Shown: one piece after another, positions 15,890 through 32,513 of the stretch
Position numbering within the stretch: position 1 is the stretch's first letter
Layout: each line of letters starts with the position of its first letter
Source of the DNA: the human T2T-CHM13v2.0 reference genome, Homo sapiens
DNA: 64,000 nucleotides
Assembly (NCBI RefSeq): GCF_009914755.1
Contig: NC_060933.1
Direction: 5' to 3' (one strand)
The notes under the pieces: model-generated
The model's database searches: none
What the model was told of the DNA's origin: nothing
Seen by the model: the letters and a program-made list of their open reading frames with translations, nothing else
Made by a program: the position numbers and the translations under genes

Positions 15890-16115
15890 TTGTGTGGTTA
15901 TGTGATATTTACAAGATGCTTTCACATAATTTATTTAATTTATTTCATCAATTCTCATAAGACCTTTGATAATAACTTTGTGATTTATTATCCCCATTTT
16001 AGAGATGAGGAAACTGAGGCTCACTGCAGTTAAATGACTTGCTTGAGGCCTCCTGGTCAGCGAATGACAGAGCATGGACCTTAGTGGAGATCTTTGACTC
16101 TAGGGCTTTGAACTC
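15890..16115 (-). mobile_element. MIR
   Basis: ttattatccccattttagagatgaggaaactgaggctc. Confidence 0.85.
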
Positions 16116-16235
16116 TTTGGAGTTCACCATGACAGTAAAGCATTAGGCATATTTGATGAAAAACAGATATATCTGATTGTGAAGCTTAAAACATGCCCTC
16201 TTTAAATTGATTCTCTGTATTACTGTGAGCACAGC

Positions 16236-16542
16236 TTTTGTTTGTTTGTTTTGTTTTGTTTTGAGATGGAGTCTCGCATTGTTGCCTGGGCTGGAGTGCA
16301 ATGACGTGATCTCGGCTCACTGAAACCTCTGCTTCCTGGGTTCAAGAGATTCTCCTGCCTCAGCCTCCCAAGTAGCTGGGATTACAGGTGCCTGCCACCA
16401 CACCCAGATAATTTTTGTATTTTTAGTAGAGATGGGGTTTCACTATGTTGGCCAGGCTGGTCTTGAACTCCTGACCTACTGATCCACCTGCCTCGGCCTC
16501 CCAAAGTGCTGGGATTACAGGCGTGAGCCACCGCACCTGGCT
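16236..16542 (-). mobile_element. AluS
   Basis: Reverse-strand dimer; TSD tgagcacagctttt. Confidence 0.95.
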
Positions 16543-16559
16543 GAGCACAGCTTTTTAAA

Positions 16560-17170
16560 AGCTTAAATTCAGGTCAGATTTCTTCCCTGATTACAACCTT
16601 TCAGTGGACCCTAGTCTCTCATCCAGTTACATGAGGTTCTGTTGAACCCAAGACCTTTTTTACCACAAATTTTAGCAATGACTACCACTTACCTTTCTTT
16701 AAAGGCCAAAAATGATTCGTGCCTTTGTGCCCCTTTGACCTTATCCCCTGCCCCCCAGCCACCAACCTGAGTTTTGCCTGACCAGTGTTTCTTTTCTATC
16801 TCGCTCAGGTATCATCTCTATTCTGGAGCCATTTTTAACACACCTTTATCCTCACTCTTCCTAGTAGCTCTTTCATGGTGTAATTGAGTGAGTTGTACAC
16901 TTTTGTCCCAGCACCTCTAACCCTTTGTGGTATTGTTTTGATGATCTGTCTGCCTCCTTCTGAAGATCTCTGTATCTCTTAAGGTTAAAAATGAGGCCCA
17001 AGCCTTCTGTGTTTATAGACACAGTATTTAGCACAAGTCCAGCATAGAGTGAGAGATAGTAGATGTTTATTGGATGGACAGACAGGTGGATCATTGGATG
17101 GCTAGATAGATAGATGAACGGATGGATGGCTTGGTGAATGGATGATGGGTGGATGGATGAATAGATGGAT
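16560..17170 (+). mobile_element. L2 3' fragment ending in a (GGAT/AGAT)n tail
   Basis: cagtatttagcacaagtccagcatag...tggatggatgg. Confidence 0.6.
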
Positions 17171-17574
17171 GTGATAGTGAACTTCAAGTTGTCATTTCAA
17201 ATCTAGGTATTTGTTCAGTTAGAATGCATTTCCTCTTCTTCCTCTATTTTCTCCAATGACAAAATAATAAAATTTCTTCAAAAGAATGTAGGAAATGGGG
17301 TTACCTTCTTCTCCGCATAGAATAATACACTCATTGAGCTGTAGAGGAAACATAATTTCACCTGTTTCAGTCCCCAGCCTCTGACCTGTCAATCTTATTC
17401 CTAGCTCATATTAATAATATTCCAGTTGCTAGAAGGAACTCCTTATACTGAACCCAAGCCTATTGCCCTGACGTTTCTGCCTTTGAGTCCAGTTTTTGGC
17501 TTTTTGAACCAATACTGATGACTAATCCCTGTTTCACAGAGTAGATTTTAACATATGGGATCATGGCTTGCATT

Positions 17575-18350
<776 letters not shown>

Positions 18351-18934
18351 CATAGCCAGAATTTCCCTTATCTTCATGCTTCAAGTTTATTAAAACATGG
18401 GATTAGAGTGGGGCACAGACATTTACTATCCTAGTTTCTCCTTGGATGTGCTCAAATTTGTCAATATCCCTCTCCAAATGTGACCCTCTACTCTGAACAT
18501 AATCTGCTGTTCCTCAAGTGGTCTGATATGTGCAGTGCATAACAGACCCATTGCTGTCCTTGTTCTCAACGTGGCTGTCACAGTGTTAGGCCCAGAGTAG
18601 GTGTCCAATAAATAGTGAATGAATAAAAGGATAAACGTGATTCTCAGGCCAATCCTGCCTAAACACTTCTCCCAAAGGCAGATAAGGAGGCCCTTGTGAG
18701 ATCAATAATATACAGCAGAGGAGATGCGACCAGCTGCACTGAGAATGTGGGAGTACTGTGGGAGGCTGCAGCTGGCATATCTCACCGGGTGTGCCTGGTA
18801 TGACTGCTTCCAGGGAGTACTCTGCCCTCCTTAAACTTTTGGTTCATTGGAATAAACTGTTCCTCCCTAAAGGCAGCAACATTGGAAGATGAAGATATTT
18901 GTGAAACAAAATTAAAAAAATACATATCCTTTTC

Positions 18935-19420
18935 TTGTCTAGGACTTTGGTTGCAAGTGACAGAAAACCCCAAATGACACTAAACGAAATATGATAGATT
19001 ATTTATCATTTAAACAAAGTTCAGAGGTAAGAAATCAAGGCTGGAATGGCAGCTCCACAATCACTGGGGAGCCAGGTTTGCTCTTTCTTGTTTCTCCCAT
19101 CTTGTTGGCCCATCCAAGGTGATGGCATAAGTTCTGACCATCATGCTAACATCCTTTTTAATAGAAAACTCAGTTCACACCAGATAAATAAAAGGGATAA
19201 AAGAAGGAAGGGGGTGAAGACATGTTCCAGTGGTCTTTTAATATTTCCAGACAGCTTCACAATGCTCTCATTTACATTTCACAGCTGAAACTTAGCTTTA
19301 GGTAAGAGGGAGGCTGAGGAGTGTGGTTGTTATTCCAAGCAGTTTAGTGCTCTGCTAAAGCTGGAATCTCTATTACTACGCAAGAGACAGGAAATGGATA
19401 TTGGCCTAGGCAACTAAGAT
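18935..19420 (-). mobile_element. Old MLT1-type LTR
   Basis: ttggttgcaagtgacagaaaaccc...gaggtaag...caaggctggaatggcagctccac. Confidence 0.6.
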
Positions 19421-21075
19421 CTCTGTCAATGATGCCAGAAAGAAAAAGGCAATTTAAAAGTGTAAAGGCAAAGGTGGGAAAACAGACATATCCTGTTGTG
19501 GTCTGTGTTACATTCCTGGTAGGGGTTTTGTGAAAGAAGGCTTCAGTTCATCAGTCACGCTCCTGCCCAAGGCATCGTCTACAAAGTTAACCTGATCAGA
19601 TCCAGGATATGATCTTGGTTTCCTATAAGCGAGACTCCCCAGCATGGTATGCAAGGCATTCTGTGCCTGTCCCAGTTCTACCTCCCTAGCTTTAGCAATC
19701 GCCACTCTCCTGTACTACAGCCACACCCAGCTCCTTGTCATTTCAAAACATGCTCAGGCCAGTTGTTTCTCTGTATATATACAGGCAGTTCCTGGTGCCT
19801 GGAATGCACTTTCCTCCCCTATTTGAACCCAAATTCCCCAGCATCGAGTTTGCAAATTGAAATTTTTCTTATCAACTTGTAGGGGTTCTTTTTATAGTTA
19901 ATAGAATAGTTATGATTATAGGCTATCAATATGTGGCTCTTCAGCAAACGTTTACAAATACCTTTTCTTTCAGTCTGCCTTTCTTCCAAAATATTTTCCT
20001 CATCCTGCTGCTCTTCCTACAGACTCTTGGTCTGCTTTTCAGGCAGGAAAAGGGTCCCTAATGCCTACTCCTTTTGGTTCCAATGGCTTAAAGCATGTGC
20101 CAACTTCCTAGTTAGTGAGAAAAGGACTAGAGTCACATGGAAAGAAATCCTTCCTTCAGAGGATGTGTCCACTGAAAACCTGTCTGAGTCTGATACGGAA
20201 GAGGCAAACCTAGAGGAAAGGAAAAGAGAAGATAACTATCAGGATCCCTTGACTGGCTGGTCATTGCAGCCTGCAGCCTGGAATTGCCTGCTGAACGCTG
20301 GGTTAGGAAGAACTTTGGCATCTTGACTTCCACTTTATCATGGGCCATCTGGCTAGAAAGCAGCCAAAAGCAGAGACAGCATCCTTTCTCCATACCTGGA
20401 CAGCATTGGGGATTGTGGCTGTGAAGGCAGAGGCGACCCAGCCTAAATGCCTTCTACATGGAAGACCAGCAGGCCATGTGCTGGGCAAATCCTTTCAGCA
20501 GTTTATTTGTAGAAAGGAACCACATGATAGCTGATCAGAGAATGAGGGTGCTTTTCCAGACATAAGATTTGAGTGTAGAGAGGCCAAAAGGAATGCAAGG
20601 CCTTAGGAAAACTTGACCTTTGTCAGCCTCTGCAACCCCAGAAGCTAGTAGAGGTCTTGTTTCCAGGGACAATTAGCCACAGCACAGCATGGGGCCCAAG
20701 AGGGCACTGATTCCTGAGAAACATCAGCCATGTCCAGGCTGAGACTGAGAAGACCTGCCCCTCGTCTGGGGACCTCACTCATGGCAGTTCTCCTGCTGGA
20801 TAGCCAGTATGTGCGCAGGGAGGCCCAAGCCCACACAATCACATTCTTAGCATGCAAATCTCATTCTTTACTTGTGTGTAGTGGCGAGGGTTGCAGTCAC
20901 ACTCTTGGAAACTGGAGAGAGCTGGAAGCAAGGAAAGAAAGACAAGTCAGAGTAAGCAGCCCTGAAATGCATGTGGCGCTATTTTAGTGAATGGATTGGG
21001 TAAGGAGAGGGCAGTGAGTCGAGGCAGTGGCCCAGTTCCTTGCCCAAGTGTATGAACAACAAGCTTCAGACTACA

Positions 21076-21289
21076 AGGCTGTTCCAGAAAATTTGCCCTA
21101 AGGGTGGAAATGTTTTAAGTCTGCATGTTCTGACGTGGTGGCCACTAGCTACTTATGGCTCTTGAGCACCTGGAACGTGATTATGACAATAAGGAAGTGT
21201 ATTTTAAATTTTACTTAATGTTAATTAATTTAGACTTAAATATAAATAGCTACTGTAGTGGCTAGGGGCTGCCATACTGGACAGCAAAG
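21076..21289. mobile_element. MER3 hAT MITE
   Basis: gccactagctacttatggctcttgagcacctggaa...gtggctaggggctgccatactggacagc. Confidence 0.8.
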
Positions 21290-23454
21290 TACCAGAGAAC
21301 AGGGGGCAGGAATTTGGGCTTTAGAGTAAGACAGAGAGTCTTGCCTTCCTCCCTGGCTACCCCTGTGAGCTCAGATAAGCCATTAGACCTCTTTGTGCTT
21401 TAGTTTTCTCTTATTTAAAACAGGGCTGATGGTACCAGCCTCCTTGCCCTAGTGCCTGCAGGTAGAAATGCCCAACAGAAGATTGGCTTCTATTTGCAGA
21501 CACCTATTCAAATTCCTATGCACTCAACAACCATCATTTAGACAACTCTGTTCCAGTCCTGAGAATCCCCAGCTGTAAGTCAAGGTATAGCTGCCGGGAA
21601 CTTTCCAGGTTCTATAGGAAGCCCTTGGAGCTGGAGGCAGGAATAAGGAAATGGTTTCTGAGAAACCAGTCTCCTGTGTTTGGAAGGATCCAGGTTCATG
21701 GGCTCCTGTATCTCTGATGATGGAAAAGAGGGTCCCAAGGAGCTTTCCCAGGAAGCAACCATCCTAGGATGCTCAGTTCTGGGCAGACTCCTTTCATGAG
21801 ATTTGTCTCCAAGACCAAGTTGAGTGCTGCGCCAGAGACTTTGAGAAACTCTAATGAGACCTCAGGGGGCAATTGCCCTGGGGGAGGTTGCAGAGGGAGG
21901 TGTTGGGATCCATGTCCCATGAGTCTTACTTGAAGGAAAGGGGCCATGATACCATAGGTTGGAGACAGGTTCCTGCTTCCCAGGCCCATGGCCTTGTCCA
22001 TGAGGCAGGAAGGAAATACTGGCCACAGGCACCCAAGACTTCAGTGATAGTACTAGTCCCTGGCTTGTAAAGTGAGTTTCCAGGGCAAAAGGCCTGTGCC
22101 CACTGGCTGCCAGGGAGGGGGTGGGTACAGAGGAGCCAAAAGCCTGGGAAGACTGCAAGATTGAGTCCAATTTCCTGCCTCTTACTGTGAACTGGAAAGC
22201 AAACGCCTAGCCTGGCTTATTAAGGAAAGATACAGAGAGAGGACAAGATTTCACAACTCAGTGTTTTCTCAAATTTCTGAATTCCAGCCTCATTGCCCGT
22301 AGGTGACCTTCAGTGTGTCCCCAGGGTCTGGGAGCTGGGTCCCATGTTAGGCCCCCATGACTGTGGGAGGCAGTGATGTCACTGGCCTCCTGTTTCCATG
22401 TCTTCTGTATTCAGCACGCCCTGTGAGTTTGGTGTTCCTGGGAAGCCACTCCTCTCATGGCACTGCCTGGCAGCCCGCCGTCTCCTCTTGCTCTCATTCC
22501 AGGGCCACTGATGCTTATATTCCCATGGGGTCCCCAGCCACATATCATACCTCTCATCTCTCTCCTTTGGTCCTCATTCAGGATAATCTTTCATCTGCCT
22601 ATGTTCTCTGCTAAGAATGTCCTTCTTACCTGAATGCTGTCCCTTTGCTTAAATACATCTCTCTGCTTTTCTGAAAACTTTTCCTACGCTGTGGCCTGAA
22701 TTCCTCTTCCCTTCCTTGGACTTCTTCAACACTGTGTTTTGACCGTATGTCACTCAGTAGGACATTTGATTCTACACAAGGAAGCACCTCATTAGTCCTG
22801 CTGTCATAAAATCCTCCCCGTCCCACTGCTTGTCCACATCCCCCACCAAATCCAGCCTCACTGAGGGGTGCTGGGAGCCTGCAGATTAGGTGCAGTCTCT
22901 TCTCAGGAAAGAGCTTAAAATGTTTCTTCTATACGCTCATGCAGTGAAGCCTCCAGGGTTGATACCAGGGAGCAAGAAAATCAGAGCACCCTCAGGGGGT
23001 TGAGGCAGGAGACTGAGAACCCCCTGTGTCCTACTAGATCCTCAATGTGGCCCTCCAGGGCATTGAATCCAGCCGATGCCATCAGGATAAAAGCCCAGAC
23101 AATGGCAACACCTGGCAAAATCGGAGTCATTGCCTGCGTTAGTATACCAAAGACATGCATGAAAAATGGCAATTTCAGCTGCAACCAAATGACCAGTTTC
23201 TTCTTTTCTCTGGCAGCAGTGTACTACCAGGTTCAGCTGTTTCTTGATCCCAATCCTGGGCCTGAAGGGTAAAGCTACATTGTCAACACAGAGAAGGGTA
23301 TCTCTCTGTTTTCATTAATAGGAGAGCATGTGTCTCATTCATTAAAAAGTTGTTCACATATAAGACGTAGTATAGCTTAGATCAGAGAAAAGTTCCCCTC
23401 AGCTTTATAATTGATTATGATGGGGTGAGGGTGGGAATAATAATTAGAATAACA

Positions 23455-23670
23455 TTCAGCCTTGGGTTCAAATTTCTCCCCTATTATTTCCTAGTTGGGC
23501 GAGTGATTCCGTGTCTCTGAGCCTCAGTGTCCTCATCTGTAAAATGGGAATAATAATGGTAACTACCTCACAGAGTGTTGTGAGGGTTAAGTGAAATCGT
23601 GCATTTCAGACATTGAGTACAGTTCTTGGGACAGGGTTAAATGCTCAGTAAGTATTAGCTATTATTGATA
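23455..23670 (+). mobile_element. MIR
   Basis: tctctgagcctcagtgtcctcatctgtaaaatgggaataataat. Confidence 0.9.
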
Positions 23671-24679
23671 TTATCAGGAGAGCAGTATCAATCATCAGAT
23701 AAATCTATAGTATTAGAATATAGACACTTACTAGGTTTCAGCAGTAGGTACATGAAATGTACTTGGTTACAAGACTGTGCAGTTTTGGCTTTCTTGTGAC
23801 CACAGAAGTGAAATGAACCAAGGACACCAGTGGAATCTGACCCAAGGGTCTTGGCTAAGGACAGATGGCCTGAGTGCCCCTTCTGGTTGCCCATTTTTGA
23901 GTTGCTTCCTTGTGCTAATGACATCATGCAGAGCAAAGCCATGCACAGAGAAGTGAACAACGGTCCGAGCACCAGGCGGCTCACAGGCCCCACCTGGAGG
24001 AAGGGATTGGGTAGAGTTGGAAGTGGATGGAAGGGGCCAGTGACTGAGATCGCCTGGGGAAGAATGTGAGTTCCAGATAAAGGGAAGCCTTGGGCCTGGA
24101 GTTTGAAAGCCTCTTGAACACCTACATGTCTGTACTTTCTCCTCCAGGCATGGCTGGGACCTGGGAAAATCAGCCTCATTCCCCAGTCCCTCCTGCTTGC
24201 CTGTGCTCTGGCGGAAAGAACACTCTGGGTTGGGAGAACGTAGCAATTACTGCTCTAGTGGCTCCTGTGAGAGGGCTTAGGTTGCCAGTGACCAGGGCAG
24301 TCTGCTGCCTTGTCATGTTCCCTGCCCTTTGCCAGTTCTAAAGAGGGAGGGATAGGAAGCCAACAGGATTATTAATGTGGCCGTTGTTGTTACTGGCACC
24401 GTCACCACTCTCAGTTGTAAAGCCGGACAAGGGAATTGGCTAGATCAGAAAACTACCTTCAAGTATTCAGATTCCTCTAATTAGATCAAAGAAGAAAAGA
24501 GAAGAAAAAAGACACTAATGAGCAATGAGAGACCAGAATGAACACTGAAGTCCATTTATTCAGAAGCAAAAGTCAGAGAAGGCAATGAGATGTGGTCAAG
24601 ACAGGAAACTGCCCGGCAGGATACAACACTCCTTATCTTCCCTATCTCCTGCCTCCTGGCCTAAGACCATTGTCGATAG

Positions 24680-24860
24680 GCTACTGTGTGGTAGAATTGT
24701 CTTATGTAATCCTAGGGACAACCTTATGACCTAGGGGTCATTGTACCTATTTTACAGGTAAGGCAAAGGAGGTTCAAAGAGCGTAGGGGATTTGTCCACA
24801 TTTATTTAGCGAGTAAGTGAGAGAGTGGAAGTTGAACTCAGGTCTGTTTGCATCTGAAGT
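24680..24860 (-). mobile_element. MIR
   Basis: cctattttacaggtaaggcaaaggagg...gttgaactcaggtctg. Confidence 0.65.
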
Positions 24861-25703
24861 TCTCTAATTGGTAATTTGGATTTCACCTCCCATGGCTCCA
24901 CTTTCCTTCTCGGTAAAATGGGAGAGTGAAACTGATTTTAACATCATGCTTCTAACCCCCAATGACTACAAGTGGCCATCAAGTGCTGGAAAATGGGAAA
25001 GTGTGTGAAAGAACCATTGTCATGAAGCAGCAGCTCTGTGACTGGGTAGAGTTATCCATGCGAGAGGTCTGTGCCAGAGGCTGGCACTTGGCACCAGCAG
25101 CATTAGGAGGGAGGAGGGAAGTTCTTAGGATGTAGGGATTGGGACATGTAAGACCATCTGGGTCCCGAAGGAAGGACAAGTCTCTGTGCCTGTCTACCTG
25201 TTTCTCCAGCCATGAATCTTGGGTTCTCACTCCTACTTCCTCCCTAGGAGAGACTCAGTCCTGTCTAGCTAGCTCTGTGCTACCATACCAGACCCTCAGT
25301 TGTTAAAGCTATGTCCTCCTTACCCAGGTATTTCTCTTTCCATCCCTCTTTATCACAGCATCAGCACCAGCACCAGGAGGTTCCTGGAAAAGTGGCTGGA
25401 GACATGGTCCCCTTGTCCATGTAGCCAGGCAGGTCTGGCTTCTCTGAGAATTGTTGGAAATGACCCAAGTACAAAAGTGTAAATCAAAGCTCCTCACATG
25501 CTTTGAGACCTTCACATTTTCACTGAACTGGCAATATCAGCAGCACTGCTCCATGCCCACTACACTGGTATGACTGTTAGGATTTCAAACAACCATCAAA
25601 GCCCCAGCAGGAAGTCTTCTCTGACTTCACTGGTGATGCCAGAATATTCTGTAGTCCAGCTCACACTCTATCCAGCTACTATAAGACCCTCCAAGGACAA
25701 TTT

Positions 25704-25848
25704 TTCTTCTTCTTCTTCTTCTTCTTCTTCTTCTTCTTCTTCTTCTTCTTCTTCTTCTTCTTCTTCTTCTTCTTCTTCTTCTTCTTCTTCTTCTTCTTCT
25801 TCCTCTTCCTCTTCTTCTTCTTTTTCTTCTTCTTCTTCTTCTTCCTTC
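25704..25848. repeat. (TTC/GAA)n triplet repeat: 33 pure units plus an interrupted tail
   Basis: Uninterrupted TTC from 25704 to 25802; accounts for the poly-Ser and poly-Arg ORFs. Confidence 0.97.
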
Positions 25849-25889
25849 TTTTTTAATAAAAACCCCCATGGTGCACTTTTGGAAAAAAA

Positions 25890-29210
<3,321 letters not shown>

Positions 29211-30549
29211 CTTGCCCTCCTGCCCCCTCCCCCCCACCCCATGTGTGCTGTTTTCCACCTTTGTAGTTATAACTGGGTAATGCTACGCTTAGTACTCTTA
29301 ATTTGTTTCTCTTTTTATTGACAAGGGAAGCTGGTCAATTACAAAAGGACCGAAAGCTGGTCCTTCTAGTGACAAAGGAAACTTCCTAGGTTTTGGACCT
29401 AGGAAGGGTAATATTAAAAATACTTAACAATCATTACAGTATGGCAAGGAGCAAAAAGAATGGTCACTAGCCTAAAATAATAGGCAAGACATGGGGCATC
29501 ATTGCAAAAAACAGTCCTGGACCAGGTTCTAGGAGGAGAGAGGGGTGGGATACACCACCTGTGATCATTCCTCCTTCAACAGCCAGCCAAGAGCTGTCTT
29601 CATTTCCATCCTCAGGAGTGGAAGTGGTGGGAGATAGGGCAACAAGTTCACTTGGTAAAGAAGAGCTGGCTGTCATTCTTGATTGGCTGGTGAGCTGGGA
29701 TTTTTTTTCTTTGGTATGAGATATTGGAGTATGACTTCTATGGTTGCACAGTTATACTTTTTAATATCATTATCAGTTAATAAATTCCAACACATGTATG
29801 CTGCATGGATATCCAGAGTTGCTCAGGGGTGTCACAGCTCAGTCACCCATTAATTACTCCCTGCCACCTGCCTATAGTCACTTTTCCTTCTCCTGCCTTC
29901 CTCCCCTTCACCTCCATGTCATCCCCACTCCCAGATTTGATGACAATGTATCCAGTGATTTTGTGGGATATGGCAGCATACAGACAGAAATCTTATTTTA
30001 ATTTATATAAATTAACTTTTAAAATAATTTTAAAAATTAGAAGTAACTCTTATTATTTGCAGCTATGTATAATTTGTGAATATCCTTCCTTCCAGAAACA
30101 ACTTCATTAAAAATTTGTCTTCTGTGTCCTTTAGTTCGAAAAAAAATGTTATCTACATAACTCCAGATTGTTGTAAAAGAAAACATTAAACTTTACAAGA
30201 ATATATAACTCAAAACTGCAAATTCCTCTAATCATCAGAGATAATTATTCTTACAGTTAGCTTATAATCTTTAATTTTTAAATGCTAATCTTTTTTCTAT
30301 TGGTTTTTATGAGAAGTAATATATGGTTAGTATAACAAAATTTATTTATAGTTTTCAGGGTGAAAGTCTTCCAAATTTTCCAGAGCTTTCAATGCCTTCT
30401 TTAGAAAAGCCTTTTAATTAACATTTTGCTTTTTTTTTTTTCAGAAATAAAACATCATTGTTAACCTTTCAAACTTACAGAAATGTATACCTTAGGAAGT
30501 GAGAATTTCTCACAATCACATTCCCCAAAGCAACTGCCTTTTAACCTAT

Positions 30550-30900
30550 ACCTTACCCACCAAAGACACACTAAAGAGCTTGACATTCTTCTAACACATC
30601 ACATGCCTTTGAACCGGGCGTTATGCTCATGGCATTCCTCCAGTCTGGAATACTCTGCTCAGTGTTGCTCACCTGGTAATTTCCTGCTCATTAAGTTGCT
30701 CCTGCTCCTGCTCCATCTCAAATGCTATCTCCCCCTTAAACCCTCCTTCAGTTCTTCCAATCACAGTTGGTTGTTTTATTCTTGGTGTACCATTGAACTG
30801 TGTACATAACTCTCCTCTGGAGTTCATTGACTCGAAAGGGTAGAATTTGAATATGATCCTTCTGTCCCAAAGTGTACACTTTTTTTGTGTGTACTCTGCT
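30550..30900 (+). mobile_element. L2 fragment
   Basis: gctcatggcattcctccagtctggaatactct...catctcaaatgctatctcc. Confidence 0.55.
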
Positions 30901-31174
30901 GCTTCCATGGAGCTTTTGTATTAGGATTTAGAATGGTTGTCTGTGATTCTTGATTTGCCATACTCTTCTTTTTAAAAATTGGGAGATAATTTACTTGCCA
31001 TAAAATTATCCTTTTAAAAAGTACACAGTTAATTCTAATTATTATAGGTTTTAAATCCCAATTATCTTTATGGAAAGAATTATATTTATCTTCTTTATTT
31101 AAAAGAAGTGCTTCTAAAGCACTCAATAAATGTTTCCTGAATAAAAGTCTAAGTGTTTTACTATGCACTATTAG

Positions 31175-31276
31175 CTAGTACTTTGCAAACTTAAAGTGCA
31201 TAGAAATCACCTGGGGAGTGTAATAAAAATGCAGATTCTGACTAGAAGATGGGACCTGAGATCTAAATTTCTCACA
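31175..31276 (+). mobile_element. MER5A left half (right half at 37775-37845)
   Basis: aaacttaaagtgcatagaaatcacctgggga...gcagattctg; resumes after the L1 as tttctaaca...gtgatgc...ggaccaaactttga. Confidence 0.7.
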
Positions 31277-32513
31277 GAGAGGAACTAAAGTGGCTGACTA
31301 GATAGAGCCAGGAAAAGCATCTCTCACTGAGAGACCGAACCATTAATAAAACTGGCATACTCCAAGCAGATCTTCAGAAGCAAGGCAGTAAGAGTGGACA
31401 GAGGGAGGAGGCAGATTTTGGGCTGGATGGGGAGGAAGCTTGGAACCCTGCACAGGGCTGCCGAGCAGCAGGACTCGTGCGTGGCCCTTAGCAGCTCCTG
31501 GGAAGGGGTGAGTTATATAGGTGAGGAGTGGCTCACTCTTGCCATAAAATCCTAGAATCCAGAATCCTAGAATCTTAGCTGCAGGAGACCCCACGGCCCT
31601 CATGGACATTTGGGCTGACAGGGAGAGCTACTTGGAGAGGTGGCAGGGACAGGACTCTAGCCTGTGCAGAGCCCAGTGGGGTGGGGTGGGTATAGCTGCA
31701 GCAAAGCACAGCCAGGGATGCCTATTCCCCAAGGCTTACCATGCTCCTTTAGGTGATGTTGGCCTTTGTTGACTATCTGCTGGAAGTGCAGCCTTGGATG
31801 CCCAACCAGGGCACTTCCTGTGGGCTGCTGCCATAGCTCCTTCACCAGCAGACCCTGCCTAACCACTGGAGAACTTCGACAGACAGGCCCACTGATATGC
31901 ATCCACCTGCAGCCTCCCCCCAACTGCTTTGCCAGTGCACACACTTGCCTGCAGCCTCCCACCTAGTGCATTGCCCATGTGCATCTGTGCACTCATGGAC
32001 CTTACTACCCTTTTGCCACTGGTGCATGTGCATGAAACCTGCTTCTGCCACCCTACCCCCACCGGTGTGCACACATCCTGCTGTGCCACTGTTGCCAGGC
32101 AGCATGTGTGTATTTTCCACCAGCCCAGTGAAGTGCTTTTGCCAGCACCTCCTGCATTGGAGGGCTGTTGCCAGTGGACTGGGAACACCTCTGCGTGAGG
32201 AGCCAGAGGACAAAGTCATAGGCCTGGTACCAGACCTCCAGGTTTAGAACATGCAACCCCGGAGTGCTGAGCTGAGACTTGCCCTGCTGATATTATACAG
32301 AAACAAAGCCAGCAACTGAACCCAAAATCTAGCACAGTCAAACTTTCAAGGGCATCAAGGAATGTAAAAGCAAAAAACCCCATCCAAAGGACAGCAACTG
32401 CAAAGGTTAAAGAAACATTAGCCCACACAGATGAGAAAGAACAACTGCAAAAACTCTGGCAAGTCAAAAAGCCAAGTGTCTCCACTCCAAACAATTATAC
32501 TAGCTCCCCAGCA

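Noticed and set aside
19931-20326. Acidic peptide PSEDVSTENLSESDTEEANLEERKRE, which looks protein-like
   Set aside because: The purine-rich DNA resembles an antisense L2 segment; no convincing splice pair or recognisable homologue.
22626-23262. Minus-strand exon candidate (cag|gtaaga donor at about 22630, acceptor near 23262, hydrophobic ORF 22981-23184)
   Set aside because: The donor lies in L2-like sequence, the frames stop between the sites, and I recognise no protein family.
23688-24246. Two overlapping ~160-aa minus-strand ORFs
   Set aside because: No recognisable domain; overlapping open frames in GC-richer sequence are consistent with chance. BLASTP or PhyloCSF would settle it.
29467-29676. 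69-aa minus-strand ORF as a processed pseudogene
   Set aside because: No recognisable parent gene, poly-A tail or TSD.
31850-32250. Cys/His-rich ORFs and tandem units that could suggest a repeat array or CRISPR
   Set aside because: These are degenerate tandem units within the old L1PA 5'UTR, with no identical repeats, unique spacers or cas genes.
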